Positions 48,154-59,895 of a stretch of 64,000 nucleotides of DNA are shown here, one piece after another; within the stretch, counting starts at the first letter, position 1; each line of letters starts with the position of its first letter. Below the pieces are notes generated by a model. It had not been told where the DNA came from and made no database searches. It saw only the letters and a program-made list of their open reading frames with translations. A program made the translations under genes and the position numbers. Origin of the DNA: Chromera velia (lineage: Eukaryota); the NCBI GenBank assembly GCA_018398765.1, contig JAHBMJ010000168.1:62001-126000 (forward strand), given 5' to 3'.

Positions 48154-48554
48154 TGCGAAGAATCCTTTTCTTGGTGACCTCCATACAGAAGAGCGGGAGG
48201 GGCGAAGACAATTAAATGAGACGGACAGCCAAGAAATGATATCCAAAGAAAAAAAAAAAAAAGAAAGACAAGTCATTTTTGTTTTCTCAGTTTGCTACAG
48301 CTGTTTCTCTCTTCTTTCCCCCCTTCTTCCCTTCTCCTTCGCCCTTCTCTCCCCTAAGCTACGTCTTCTTTCTTCTTTCTTCACTGCTCTGCACTCCAAA
48401 TCACTTCCAAAGTTTTGTGCTTGACTGACTGGACATGTGAGTGCACTTATCCCCTTTTTTTTTTCTTCTCTTTGTTGTCGGTTCCCGCTTCGTTTTCTAT
48501 TCTTCACTTTCTGACTTCAGAATGAAGTCGAACTCTCTAGATGCAGACTTCTGG

Positions 48555-50650
48555 ATGGATGGTCCTTCTCCTCTGATCTGAAAAAAACAAAGAGTCGGAG
48601 AAAGGAGTGGAGGTCCCATGTATCTGATTCATTTCACTCGATCACTCGATGAATCCTCTTTTTTCCTTCCTTCAGCATGTAAGCATCATGGGCACAGGCA
48701 AGGCGTGTTTTCTCTTTTCCCTCCCGTCCGGACTCACTCGATTGATTGACGTCAGAGAGAGAAGAGCTAGGGGGAGGGGGCAGGATAGAGAAAGATACGA
48801 TGCCAAAAAGACAACGTGATGAGAGAAGGGGAGAGAAAGAGCTCCTTCCTTCCTGGCTGCCTGAGTTCTGCATTATCGAGAGAGGGAAAGAGGGAAGGAG
48901 GGAGGCGAACTCACTCCCTCACTCACCCACTCACTCACTCAGATGTTTGTGCGTCAACAACCGAAAGAGAAGAGGAAAGAAGGATTTGGAAGGAGAAGAT
49001 CTCTTTTTCGTCCCTCTAGTTCTGTATAGATTCCATCCTTCCATCCAACAATGATTTGCATCTCCCTTCTTTTCTCCATTCCCAGGGAGGTTTTCTTGTC
49101 CTCGTCCTGCTCCCTCCTCCCTCACCTCCACCTTCCATCTATCCCCGTGTCTTCCTTTTTCTGACATCATAAAGCTAGATGGTCCTTCTTCCCTGGGTGA
49201 AGTCAAACAAAGAGTCAGAGAAAGGATTAAGCAGAGGGCCCATGCATCAATTTCATTCCTCTTATTTGACAGACGTTCTCTTTTGCTGCATGGGCACATG
49301 CTCTTGTCATCTCCTTCTCTCATTCTCCCTCCCTGTTCGGGCGTTGACCTAAAGCAGGCAGGTCTGTTGCTCTCCTCTCCTCTCCCGTCTTGTTTTTTCT
49401 CTTCCCTCCCGTCCGGACTCGCTCAATTGATTGATGTCAGAGAAGAGAGAGAAGAGCTAGGGGGAGGGGGCAGGATAGAGAAAGAAACGATGCCAAAAAG
49501 ACAACATGATGAGAGAAGTGCGTGGGAGGGAAAGAAACGAACAACAAAAAAAGAAATAAGCAAACAAAGAAACAAAGAAGGATCAAAATAACACCATACA
49601 TGCAAAAACTAGAGACGACCAGAAAGATCAAGACACAATGAACACATGAAGAGAGTAAAAATATGCAAATGCCCACCAGACTGAAGCACAACGGAACTAC
49701 TCGCTTATCTCTCCTTATCGCTTCTCACTTCAGACTGAGCCGCCTTCTCGCTTCTGCCTCTCTCCTCTAAACTACTTTATCGTCTCTAAAGAGAGACGCT
49801 TGCAGGGAGTGATTGGTGGGGCCGAAGTTAGAATTTTCGGATGCCTCTCTGGGCATAGATTCCGGTTAAGAAGGCGTAGAGGGCTCTACAGAGATGCTTT
49901 GGTAGTGAATTTACAGCTGGGATGCACGATTCCTCTCTTTTTCTCTCTCTGTCTCTCTCTCTCACATACACATACAAACACACACGGGGAGGGGGGAGGG
50001 GGCAACAATGACATCTACAGGGATTGGGGGGAGTGAATGTTCAAAGAAACCCCCCTTCTTCCTGCCTGGCTATCTGAGTGCTACATTGTCGAGGGATGGA
50101 AGGAGGGAAAGAGGCGAACTCACTCCCTCACTCACCCAGTCACCCACGCATTCGTGCGTCAACAACCAAAAGAGAAGAGAAGAGAAAAGAAGAGAAAAGA
50201 AGAAGAAAAAGGGATTTGGAAGGAGACGTTTATTTTTCTTTCCTCTAGTTCTATAGGGATTTCATCTTTCTATCCAACAATGATTTGCATCTCCCTTCCT
50301 TTCTCCATTCCCAGGGAGGTTTTCTTGTCATCATCCTGCTCCCTCCTCCCTCCCTCCATCTTTCATCTATCCCCGTGTCTTCCTTTTTCTGACATCATAA
50401 AGCTAGATGATCCTTCTCATCTGATTGAAGTCAAACAAAGAGTCGGAGAAAGGAGCGGAGGTCCCATGTATCTGATTCATTCCACTCGATTACTCGATGA
50501 ATCCTCTTTCTCTAAAGAGAGACGCTTGCAGGGAGTGATTGGTGGGGGTCAGAATTTCCGGTTGCCTCTCTGGGCTTAGATTCCGGTTAGGAAGGGATAG
50601 AGAGCTCTACAAAGATGTTTTGGTGGTGAATTCACAGCTGGGATGTACGG

Positions 50651-50660
<10 letters not shown>
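48555..50660. repeat. Degenerate modular duplications
   Basis: 48720-48828 matches 49405-49518; 48845-49260 matches 50055-50505; 49783-49935 matches 50508-50655; 48555-48660 matches 50407-50508. Confidence 0.8.
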
Positions 50661-50697
<37 letters not shown>

Positions 50698-50865
50698 NNN
50701 NNNNNNNNNNNNNNNNNNNNNNNNNNNNNNNNNNNNNNNNNNNNNNNNNNNNNNNNNNNNNNNNNNNNNNNNNNNNNNNNNNNNNNNNNNNNNNNNNNNN
50801 NNNNNNNNNNNNNNNNNNNNNNNNNNNNNNNNNNNNNNNNNNNNNNNNNNNNNNNNNNNNNNNNN
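50698..50865. other. Assembly gap
   Basis: Run of N. Confidence 1.
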
Positions 50866-51549
50866 CCCCCCCCCCCCCCCCCCCCCCCCCCCCCTACACA
50901 CAGACAGACAGAGAGAGAGAGAGGCAGTAGGTCGAGGGGTGATATTCATGAAGCCGCATCGACAGGTCAAAGTATTCATATAGAAGAGGGGGCAATAATG
51001 ATATCTGCGGTACAGGGACCGCCTTCTCCTGCAATCAGAAGGGAGAAGGGAAGGCATCAACAGAGAGCAAGAGACGGTAATAAATCGTAGTGAGGCCTAA
51101 AAGAAGCAGATGGACATTTGAATGGCATCGCTGCGGCAAAGAATGATGAATTCAAGTTTGCAAGATACTGTCACTAAAAGGATGCTTCCGTTTTTTAAAG
51201 CGTCCTTCCGACCGCTAGTTCAAGCACCCGACAGTTAAAGCAGGCCGCATGAATGTTTTTTCGAGGTCTGGTCTCCTGGTTTCAGTCATCGACTGACCAG
51301 AGAAGAAACTTTGATGCTCCCATCGAGAGAGCAGGAGACACACCGAAGGGCATCAGACCTGCAGGCAAGGAGAGAAGAGAGGAAGGCCAGGAAGACATAC
51401 ACCGCCACGAAGCACACACCGCTTTTCAGTCAAGACTGCACGTACGTCTGGCTGCTTCCTTCCCAGAGTAAATGTTTATTTTTGCAGCCGGCCGAATGAT
51501 CTTTCTTTTCTTTCTTTCTTTCTGCCCTCAGCAACAAACCGATGCCTTG

Positions 51550-51585
<36 letters not shown>

Positions 51586-52017
51586 CAAACAAGGCGGACG
51601 AAAACAAAGAGAAAGAGAATCCAAGGCGGGGAAGGGTCAAAGGATAAGATCAAAGTAGGATTGCTGGACTATGAAAAGGGAAATATCCAAGTAGACGACC
51701 AAAAGAAAAAAGAAAAGAACGTACAGGTAGGGAACCAAATGCTTCCCTTCATAACAAACAAACAGGCAGATAGGCAGACAGAGAGAGAGAGAGGCCGACC
51801 TGAGGCCCGTGACGAGCTGTCTGTGTCGGTGAAGCTGTCCATACTGGACCTTCTCAAACTTTCGGGAGTCCCAAATGTGCACGGACTTGTCAGCCACTGC
51901 AAAAGTAGACAGAGGTTCAGAAACAAAAGGGGCAGGGGTGCGATGGAAAGAATTTGTTTCGCAAGATTGATTGTGTTCATGAGAGGAAGAGAAAGAGAGA
52001 AAGAGAGAGAGAGAAAA

Positions 52018-52050
<33 letters not shown>

Positions 52051-52571
52051 ACGTTATGCCTCGATGAAAGTAGGCATCTTGAAGGAGAGACGATCATCTT
52101 TCTGTCTGCGTTTAACTTGATAATCTTTCTTTTTGCACAGAAGAATCGTCTCCACCGTGTATGAACGAGAGAGAGAAAGGGGCAGGGAGAATAAGAGACT
52201 AACGCACGCACATCTGAAAAGGTGCGGGAACGAGGTGGACGACCTCCCCTCGACGGTGAGGACCCAGTCTTTGTGGGTCCCCGTCGCCGCAACGGGGGCG
52301 TCGCCAGCCCGTGTGTCGTAAAGTCGAACGACCTTGTCCTACAGTCAGTCAAGAGGGAGGGAGAGCGATGAATCGGCACACAATGAGTTAGTCCGAGGTT
52401 TTTGGCGTTTTCGGTCTGGTCTAGCTTTAGAAAGACTCTCGAAAGATCTCCCTATTCTGTTCGATAGGGGGAGCGTGATAAAGCAGAAGGAAATCTGTCA
52501 TCATCAATCACTCTTTAATTGTTTTGTGTACAGGGACAGTGCGGACACTCTCCACATGGAGTGAGTAAACC

Positions 52572-52602
<31 letters not shown>

Positions 52603-52814
52603 GAAGGAAAATGTCGTGGGATTCTTCCGCAACTGTTGAACTCATCAGGCTGAGGGAAAAACCAAGGCAGGAGGGAGACTGTTTAGTCGAACAAAAGCGA
52701 TTGCTCGACATCAGATGGTATGCATAATCAACAGGGTGACAGCTTTTTTATGTAAAAGACGGGCCTACAAAAGAGATCAAGATGGTTTCTTTATGCCTCT
52801 CTGCCTTGTTTGTC

Positions 52815-53010
52815 TGTCTCTGTTGATCAGACCCCCCCACTCTGTCTGCCAAACCCCCCCACTCTGTTGATCAGACCCCCTCACTCTGTTGATCTGACCC
52901 CCCCACTCTGTCTGCCAGACCCCCCCACTCTGTTTATCAGACCCCCCCCACTCTGTCTACCAAACTCCTCCACTCTGTCTGCCAGACCCGGCCCCCCCAC
53001 TCTGTCTGTC
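52815..53010. repeat. ~21-bp minisatellite (CTCTGTnnnnCAGACCCCCCCA)
   Basis: About nine degenerate tandem units. Confidence 0.85.
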
Positions 53011-54994
53011 AGCATGTCTGCGTAGCTATGGAGAGTGATTGCGTGTATGCAGCATTGTTTGCGTAACGTGACTGAAAGACGGCTTTGATGCTTGATAGCT
53101 AAGCTAGTAGCTTTATATATGGATGGGTACTTGAAAAGTTTGATGATACACCGATTCACATGTCATGCATTGTGCGTATATATGTGCATGCAGGTAGACT
53201 GTTGCTTCAGAGGGCAGCTTTGCTGCACCGTGAGGATCGAAGAGGCTTTTGTATTACACAACACGTATATGCAACATGCAGCCATGAAGGTCGGTTGTTC
53301 GTTCAATCAAGGCAGGCATGCCTCCAGTTCGTCCCTCCAAAAGGCACGCAGCATGCAGAGGGCTGTTGCATACATATGCACCCGCATCTGCTTTTTGCGT
53401 ACACAATTATTATTCCTCCCCTCTGAGTAGTCCGAAGCGTCATCGTCTCCACTTTCTTCCTCCTCTTCTGAGTAGTCCGAGGCGTCATCGTTGTCAACCC
53501 TGTGTACCTCAGCAGGCTGCACGGTAAACTCAATTATCGTTAGGTTTCCGTCATCATCAATGGTGTACTCAAAAGCCATCACTTGCAAGATCAGCTGGAG
53601 GAGCTGGGGATGGGCGGTTACAAGTTCATTATATTGGTTTTGGAGGTTTTCATCCACCATGACCAGTCAAAGAGTCCTGTTGGCGGCAGCTTTCGGTTTG
53701 GGTTTGGTAACTTTGCGTGTTATGTTGTGCATGCATGCAGATACCAAACACTGAAAAGGATGACCGATAGTATATGCTTATAATCGTTTCACTTTTTTAA
53801 ACACTGCGTGCTTCGTGTCGGTTTATGGTTTTTGTTCGCATTCAATTCCCCCCCTCTCCCTTTGTCTTTCAGACAATGAAAAACCAATAGCCTCGTTCTG
53901 TGTAGGAAGGTTTTATACCTACAGTTGAACCATTGTGGACCCGCTCTCTTGGTCCTAGTACCTCTTGATCTTTCGTCCATTTCGTGCCATCTAGTGCTAC
54001 TTCACCCCTACCACCCTGAAGGGCGGAGGTACCATCGTAGTCTACGGCAGACTGACGCTACTTGGACTGCTGTAGAAAGTGATGGTTTTCAGAATCGAAC
54101 CCACGACCTTTCGGTTGTGAGCTGATCTGGCATTTTTAATACAAAAGTGTTTGAACGTAACATTTTAAACATTATTAATGATTTTATATATCATATAACT
54201 TACTTACTACTTATATAGCCCCATTAGTAGAACTCGATAGTTAGTAAACAATATAGGAATAGAGTTAGGATTAATGTTTAGAAGACTTGCCTCCTGTTTC
54301 AATACTCTAACGTATGGCTTTTAAAAAAGTACTAGAACGTTTAAAACCTTCCTGACCAGCCCGTGCAGCGCGATTAGTATGTCAACTGTTACAGTTTTTC
54401 AAAAGAATATGTCGTCTTGTCTAGCGTCTTATAACAAATGCATCAAATTATGAGAATATATGTATTTAACGTTTTATAAGACACATTATATTAGAATTAT
54501 GTAATTGAATTTTTGTGTAAAACACGAGATAATTAAACTATTGTTGATTGACTGGTGCTAAACCCTAACATTGATAATAATTGTTACTTTCTTTTTATAA
54601 TTTACAGGTTAATAATATTTTTTAAGTGAGTCAGCAATCAGTCATATGAGAAAGGAATGTGTGATTCATAAGGAATACAATTATGAAACTATGAGCCCGA
54701 GTCCAATATAACGTCACACCATCGTATGAATATTGAAGGCAAGTCATTAGTACACCAGCCAACGGCGCATGAGCGCGCAAATACCAGTAATTGCAGCAAC
54801 GCTCTAATAGCCCCGGAAAGCGAAGCGTAGGGCACTCAAAAAAACACTCCGCTAGCTGATTTTGTCGGAAAGATAGGCCAGAAATACGAAATAAGGGGCA
54901 TTAAAGCACTTACAAATGAAGAGAAGAAATTAAAGCTTTCCGGGGCGGTTTGCACGCTTGCGTACGTATGTCAAGTCGGTTCGGAGAACACTAA

Positions 54995-55130
54995 CAATTG
55001 GGAGATTACCTCACATGGCAGCAGTGTACCAGCAATTGGGGGGTTATAACTCATATGGCAGCCGTGTACCATGGTTAACTCACATGGCAGCAGTGTACTA
55101 GCAATTACGGGATTAATTCACATGGCAGCA
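54995..55130. repeat. Tandem repeat x4 with core TCACATGGCAGCAGTGTAC
   Basis: Direct reading; unit length about 30-40 bp. Confidence 0.85.
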
Positions 55131-55546
55131 GCGAGCGACCGAATCAGAAGTAACTGCACGCCAGCGCGACTCCCATTATATGCAGTCAAGATGGTTATAA
55201 CGAGACCTAAGTTGGCCAGACCGTATCGCAGCATGGCTCGAGACAACCAGTGACTTTGCAATGAGCGAAACGTCTCACTTTTTTTAAACCATTCCGGCCA
55301 TAAAGGAATAAGTCGATTGTCATCCACCTCCGCAACACCACCATTAGTTTGCAAGGCTGCTGCCCAGCTGCTCATCATGCTCAGCGACGGTGCACAGGCC
55401 TCCATCTTCCTTTGCCTGCTGAGCGACTCTCAAGGTTCGTACCCTTAGTTGTAACACAGAAGCCGTCTTTTTGGTTCGTTCCCGTCTCCCACACCTGTTG
55501 TTCCCTCCATGATGCGCAGTGTACCTTTTTGACTTTCCCGTGTCTC

Positions 55547-55763
55547 CGTGTTCACTTTGCGGCTGCAGATTGGCATGAACACAAGCGACGAGCACACGGT
55601 TGAGTCTGTCGATCTCACCGATCTCACATTGCGGCTGCAGATCGGCATAAATACGAGAGACGAGCACACTGTTGAGTCTGTCAATCTCACCGTGTTCACT
55701 TTATGGCTGCAGATTGGCACAAACACGAGCGACGAGTACCCGGTTGAGTCTATTGATCTCACC
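55547..55763. repeat. 72-bp tandem repeat x3
   Basis: GGCTGCAGAT...GACGAG...GTTGAGTCT...ATCTCACCG three times; a 24-aa repeat within ORF 55445-56008 (-). Confidence 0.85.
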
Positions 55764-56029
55764 GCTCGCCGGCCGGCTTCTGTGACGTACACCTCGTCGT
55801 CATCGCTTGAAGCAAAGGAACGACTCGTGCTCTTTGCGTGGTTGTGGTCACTCTCCAAAGACAAAGAGAACTCCAGCAAGTCTGTCCTTTCTACAAATCT
55901 CAAGACGCTGATCGACCACAGATGGCAGATTACAGAGGCTGCAGAAGGTCGTAGAGTCGTTCGAACACCATGTGGCGCCGGCGAAGCGTCGCGGCGCTTT
56001 CGAAGCACATGTAAAACATGGGGCCGGTG

Positions 56030-56711
56030 ACGATGTTCAGGAGGTCCACGTACTCAAAGCGTAGGTCTTCGTCCACGGTAAGGTTCAGGTGGAATTCGGG
56101 GGATGCCGGTCCAGTCCGCGCGAGCCACAGGAGCGATACGAAGGTCCCGACCCGGAGGTGCACGGGCCGGCAGAAGTAGTGGCCAAATGCGTAGGACAGC
56201 TTTCTGTGGTCGGTTTTGTCGAGGATCACCACGGTTTTATCGAGGTCACCAAGCCCAGGAACGCGACGCACGCGTCGAGCAGCACGCGCACAATTTCCTC
56301 CTCCGCGTCCGCCTGCTGTCCGCCGCCAGCGTCGTTCGTGGCTACGTAGCACTCCGTGGCAAACTGGCAGAATGATAGGAAGCCGGCCAGTAGCAGTGGA
56401 GTCGATGGGTAACGGGGTGTCGTCGTGAGCAGGGACTCCAGTTCGGCGCGTTGCTGGTCGATGGTGGGGCGCGCGGCAACCCATTTACAGAGGGCCAGAA
56501 AAGTCGTCTCGTCGAGATGGCGCTGCAGAAGTTTGACAAGGAAGATGCCTTGCGAGTACGAAAACTCCGGCGCCAGAATATCGCACGGCTCAAAATCTTG
56601 AGCTATGGTGCTGCTCACCGGTCCGGCGGAGGCCCGTCGGCGACGGCAGAACCCGCGCACGCACAGGGTGGCCGCCGCATAGCTGCCCAGGATGGTGGAA
56701 AAGAGGATCAT
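56030..56711 (-). pseudogene. Intronless viral-like hypothetical gene, frameshifted
   Basis: ORF 56711-56226 continues in another frame (DKTDHRKLSYAFGHYF...). A short imperfect duplication, GGTTTTRTCGAGG(A)TCACC at 56212-56250, marks the shift. Confidence 0.5.
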
Positions 56712-56790
56712 CTTCTCGGCTTTTGTTTGTACTCCCGGCGTGTTGTTCGTTTTAAGTTTTTTAGTAGCACCAAATCGGCCTTGGGGTTAT

Positions 56791-56819
56791 CCCCTTAGAA
56801 AACAAAGTTTCCTAAGGGG
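56791..56819 (-). terminator. 13-bp hairpin downstream of the 222-aa gene
   Basis: Minus-strand CCCCTTAGGAAAC-TTT-GTTTTCTAAGGGG, with one G.U pair, 45 nt past the stop codon. Confidence 0.6.
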
Positions 56820-56863
56820 GGCTTTCTTACGGCTTTTCTTTTGTGCGCGTGGCGCGAGGGCGG

Positions 56864-57532
56864 TTAGTTCCCTTTTTCCTCCTCCGCTGCATATGTGGCG
56901 GCCGCCGGCGGTTTCTTCTGCTCCACTTGCTGCATCAGGCTGTTGAGGACTTCTGGCCGCACGTACTTGTTCATCAGTTCCTTTCGGAACTTGCGCATAT
57001 CCTGCACGCTCTCCGGCAGCGTCTGACCATCCGGTTTGTGGACGAAAATGCGTACATACCGAAAGACGCGCTCGTAGTCCGCCTTCTCCTCAGCTGTTCC
57101 ATTCAGTGCGACGCCTTCCTCAGCCAGCGCCTCGAGCATCACCAGATGCTTGAAGATGCAGTCGACGCACCGCTTCTGCCGGTTGTTTAGGTGGTCTTCG
57201 AGAAGAACGAACTGCTTGATGATCTCGTGGAGGTTGAAGCGGGTCTCCATGACCGGCAGCAGCTCCGGTGTCACAACGTTCTGCGCCGCGTCCCGGTAGT
57301 AGTCGTCGTTGGCACCACGCATGTTCGCCGGGAGGGACGGCGCCGGCAGATAGTACAGGTGGACGAGGACGCCCAGCGCAAGCAAGAGCAGAAGGGAGGG
57401 AAACGCCACGCGGCGGAGGAAAGACCAGTCGCCCGAGGGGCCCTGGCACCCACCTTCTTCAAGCGAACAGCTGTCATCGTCGGCATCTGCGCCGCACGTG
57501 TACCGTGCGGGAGAACGAACCATGAAACTCAT
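56864..57532 (-). CDS. 222-aa membrane-anchored CxxC protein, giant-virus-like hypothetical
   Basis: One TM segment, then LLPVMETRFNLHEIIKQFVLLEDHL...KRCVDCIFKHL...EALAEEG, which I recall (unsearched) from conserved NCLDV hypothetical proteins. Intronless, with an A-rich leader. Confidence 0.7.
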   Translation of the reverse strand: MSFMVRSPARYTCGADADDDSCSLEEGGCQGPSGDWSFLRRVAFPSLLLLLALGVLVHLYYLPAPSLPANMRGANDDYYRDAAQNVVTPELLPVMETRFNLHEIIKQFVLLEDHLNNRQKRCVDCIFKHLVMLEALAEEGVALNGTAEEKADYERVFRYVRIFVHKPDGQTLPESVQDMRKFRKELMNKYVRPEVLNSLMQQVEQKKPPAAATYAAEEEKGN

Positions 57533-57589
57533 TGGTTTTTTTCTATTTTCTTACTCCTTGCTGCGGCTGCCGCCCGCTCTTTATTGTTG

Positions 57590-59107
57590 TTAGTAGAGCA
57601 TGCCGTCGGGGGTCAAAACAAGCCCGAAAAAAGTCGCTAGTGCCACCATCAATAGCGTGTATACAACACTGCTAAACACCTTAACGCCCATCATCGAGGC
57701 GGTAAGTGTTACCAACGAAGCGACGATTATCCCTACAGCAGCTCGTAGCGTAAGGTTTCCTACCATGCGCATGCTCTGCTGGACCTGTGTACAAATTAAG
57801 TGTGACTGTTGGGCCGGGAGGGGTTTCTTGACAGCCAGCGTGGCTGCCATAATACTAATCAGGGCTTGTACCAGTCTCAGGAGCAACACGTTGATGAGGT
57901 CACGAGGAGACATGCTTGAAAGCGCACCATACAGCTCGCTGCCGTACCTGGTGACCCAACGGATGAGTTTGCTGATGAGCGTAAAGAGCTGCACAGCGGG
58001 AATCGCCAAGAACTTCAGCAGCGACAGTGTTATTCCGAAGAAGCGGAAGATGTGCACCATCCAGCGAAACGGGGTGGATGTGGTAACAACGCGGATAAAC
58101 CAGTCGATGCCGAGATACTTTATGACCCGTTTATGGACGCTCGCAAGCGACTCGCTGGCAATCTCCTTCAGGTTGCTGAACAACGCCGTCATGAAGATAG
58201 CCAATCCTCCATACTTGAAAAGGAACCCCCCGATGATGGGGATCTGACCGACGGCAAACAGACTTCCTACGAGAAAAACCACGGGGAAGAGGGCCTTTAG
58301 CATAGGCGGAAAGAGGTTCAACAATCGCCGGAAGAGCGCTCCTGAGACTCCGGTGCCACTCATCAGGGACGCTAGCCGGTACATCATCACCAGCGGGTAG
58401 ACCGTAACGGTGTTGCCGTATTTCCGTATGACGATTTTTCTTTCTGCCTCGACGGCCTCGCCCATGAGCTGCCAGTAGTAGGGCGACGGTGCGTTCGCGT
58501 GGTCTTTCAAATACTGCAGCCGCACCTTCTGAAAGATCCTCTTGGCTTGCCGTTCCTCGATAAATCCCGAGAAGGACGCCGACTTACGTTCCCTGCGTTC
58601 CGCGCTCAGGTGCCCAACCTTCGGGTCGTCTGTGAATTTGGCGAAGAGGTCCGCCAGCAGCAGGCGATCCTTGGCCGGAATGGGTTCTCCCTTCGGCCGC
58701 GCACAGTCGGCGGCCTCCATGAGTTTTTGTACCAGAGCCTCCGCTTTGGCGGTCCCGCTCGATCTTGTGCTGCGGAAGGAGGCGCTGCCAGACTTGGACC
58801 ACGAGGGGGCGCTGCAGAACGCATCCTCGCCTACGCTGTGGGCGCTGCGGAACGTCTTTTTAGTGGACGAAGACGATACTCTACGGGCGCACACGCCGTC
58901 CTTGCACTCATATTTTGCAGAACTTTTCCGTTTTTTTAATGACAACAAGGGGGCCTCGGCCCTTTTCTTGCTGCTTGTGGTAGGCGCCACCGTCTTCTTC
59001 CTGTTGTTACCGATGGGCGCCACTGCCGCGGCCAACCCCTGCAGTGGCTTCTTTTTGCTGTGTCGTGTGGCTTTATTCTTTGTTTGACTGCTGGTGGTCC
59101 TCCACAA
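57590..59107 (-). CDS. 505-aa hypothetical protein with a basic N-terminus and multi-TM C-terminal half
   Basis: Long uninterrupted non-repetitive ORF ending 57 nt from the next gene. The called start is TTG, so the true start is uncertain. Confidence 0.7.
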   Translation of the reverse strand: MWRTTSSQTKNKATRHSKKKPLQGLAAAVAPIGNNRKKTVAPTTSSKKRAEAPLLSLKKRKSSAKYECKDGVCARRVSSSSTKKTFRSAHSVGEDAFCSAPSWSKSGSASFRSTRSSGTAKAEALVQKLMEAADCARPKGEPIPAKDRLLLADLFAKFTDDPKVGHLSAERRERKSASFSGFIEERQAKRIFQKVRLQYLKDHANAPSPYYWQLMGEAVEAERKIVIRKYGNTVTVYPLVMMYRLASLMSGTGVSGALFRRLLNLFPPMLKALFPVVFLVGSLFAVGQIPIIGGFLFKYGGLAIFMTALFSNLKEIASESLASVHKRVIKYLGIDWFIRVVTTSTPFRWMVHIFRFFGITLSLLKFLAIPAVQLFTLISKLIRWVTRYGSELYGALSSMSPRDLINVLLLRLVQALISIMAATLAVKKPLPAQQSHLICTQVQQSMRMVGNLTLRAAVGIIVASLVTLTASMMGVKVFSSVVYTLLMVALATFFGLVLTPDGMLY

Positions 59108-59352
59108 TGTTTTTCTTCTTTAGTGCCTGGCTTGCGAGTACGGTGTATAAAGTTTCTGCATAAGTTTTTACTATTATATACGTAGGTGTTTTTTGGTGGC
59201 AGGCAGGGGTGTGCATGCGCATTAATTTGTCAGGTCCGTAAACTACCTTAAACGAATTTATTAAGGTGTTTCCTAAGGGGGCTCCCCTGGCACCATCCTT
59301 AGCTGCATAACACCGCTTTTTTTTGTGCACTGCCCAAGGAAGATTAACTCAT

Positions 59353-59895
59353 TTACGTGGATTTTTTGTTGCAGTCCCCTCCACCGGCAGCAGCTGCGGC
59401 GGCGGCGGCGGCAACGGGCGGGTCATCGGACCCGTCGGTGGTGGGCACACTTCGGGTCAGGAGGTCGAAGTACAAGGTGTTTTCCAAGCTGGCGTGCGCC
59501 ACTTTTGGCCACGCCTCCTGTACGTCTTTCAGCCTGATTGATTTAGTGCCACTGACGAAAGGCTTCCAGAAGTTTTTGACCAGAATGTCCAGCAGCCCCG
59601 GCACGTTTGTCGTTTCTGCCATGAGCAACGCAAGGACCTCTTTAGTGAGGCGCCGGAAATGGACGCATCTTTTCCCCTGCACTGCATAGCTTGGTGTCGG
59701 TGCGAAGTCGGTCCCCAACAAGAAATGGCTCAAAAGCTGCCGGCCGGCGTCGGAAAGTCCGATCTGGAGCCGCTCTTTCAGTCCGAGCAGTTTCTCCCAC
59801 ACGGTCACCAGGTGGTTATTCTGCAGATGTTGGTCGACAAAGGCCGGCGTCACCAACACCTGTAGCAGTTGTGTGAGGAAGTTTTCGAACTGTTC
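59353..59895 (-). CDS. 5'-truncated hypothetical gene at the island edge
   Basis: Open frame with no ATG near its start; the sequence changes to host-like composition near 59900. Confidence 0.55.
   Translation of the reverse strand, partial: EQFENFLTQLLQVLVTPAFVDQHLQNNHLVTVWEKLLGLKERLQIGLSDAGRQLLSHFLLGTDFAPTPSYAVQGKRCVHFRRLTKEVLALLMAETTNVPGLLDILVKNFWKPFVSGTKSIRLKDVQEAWPKVAHASLENTLYFDLLTRSVPTTDGSDDPPVAAAAAAAAAGGGDCNKKST

Noticed and set aside
53307..53660. 117-aa acidic ORF with a DDASDYSE duplication
   Set aside because: No recognisable motif or supporting gene structure.
54083..54125. tRNA-like 3' half on the minus strand (CTCACAACCGAAAGGTCGTGGGTTCGATTC)
   Set aside because: No D-arm or acceptor stem; at most a tRNA/SINE fragment.
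54995..55763. CRISPR-like arrays (also 15460-15652 and 52815-53010)
   Set aside because: Units are contiguous with no unique spacers, there are no cas genes, and the context is eukaryotic.
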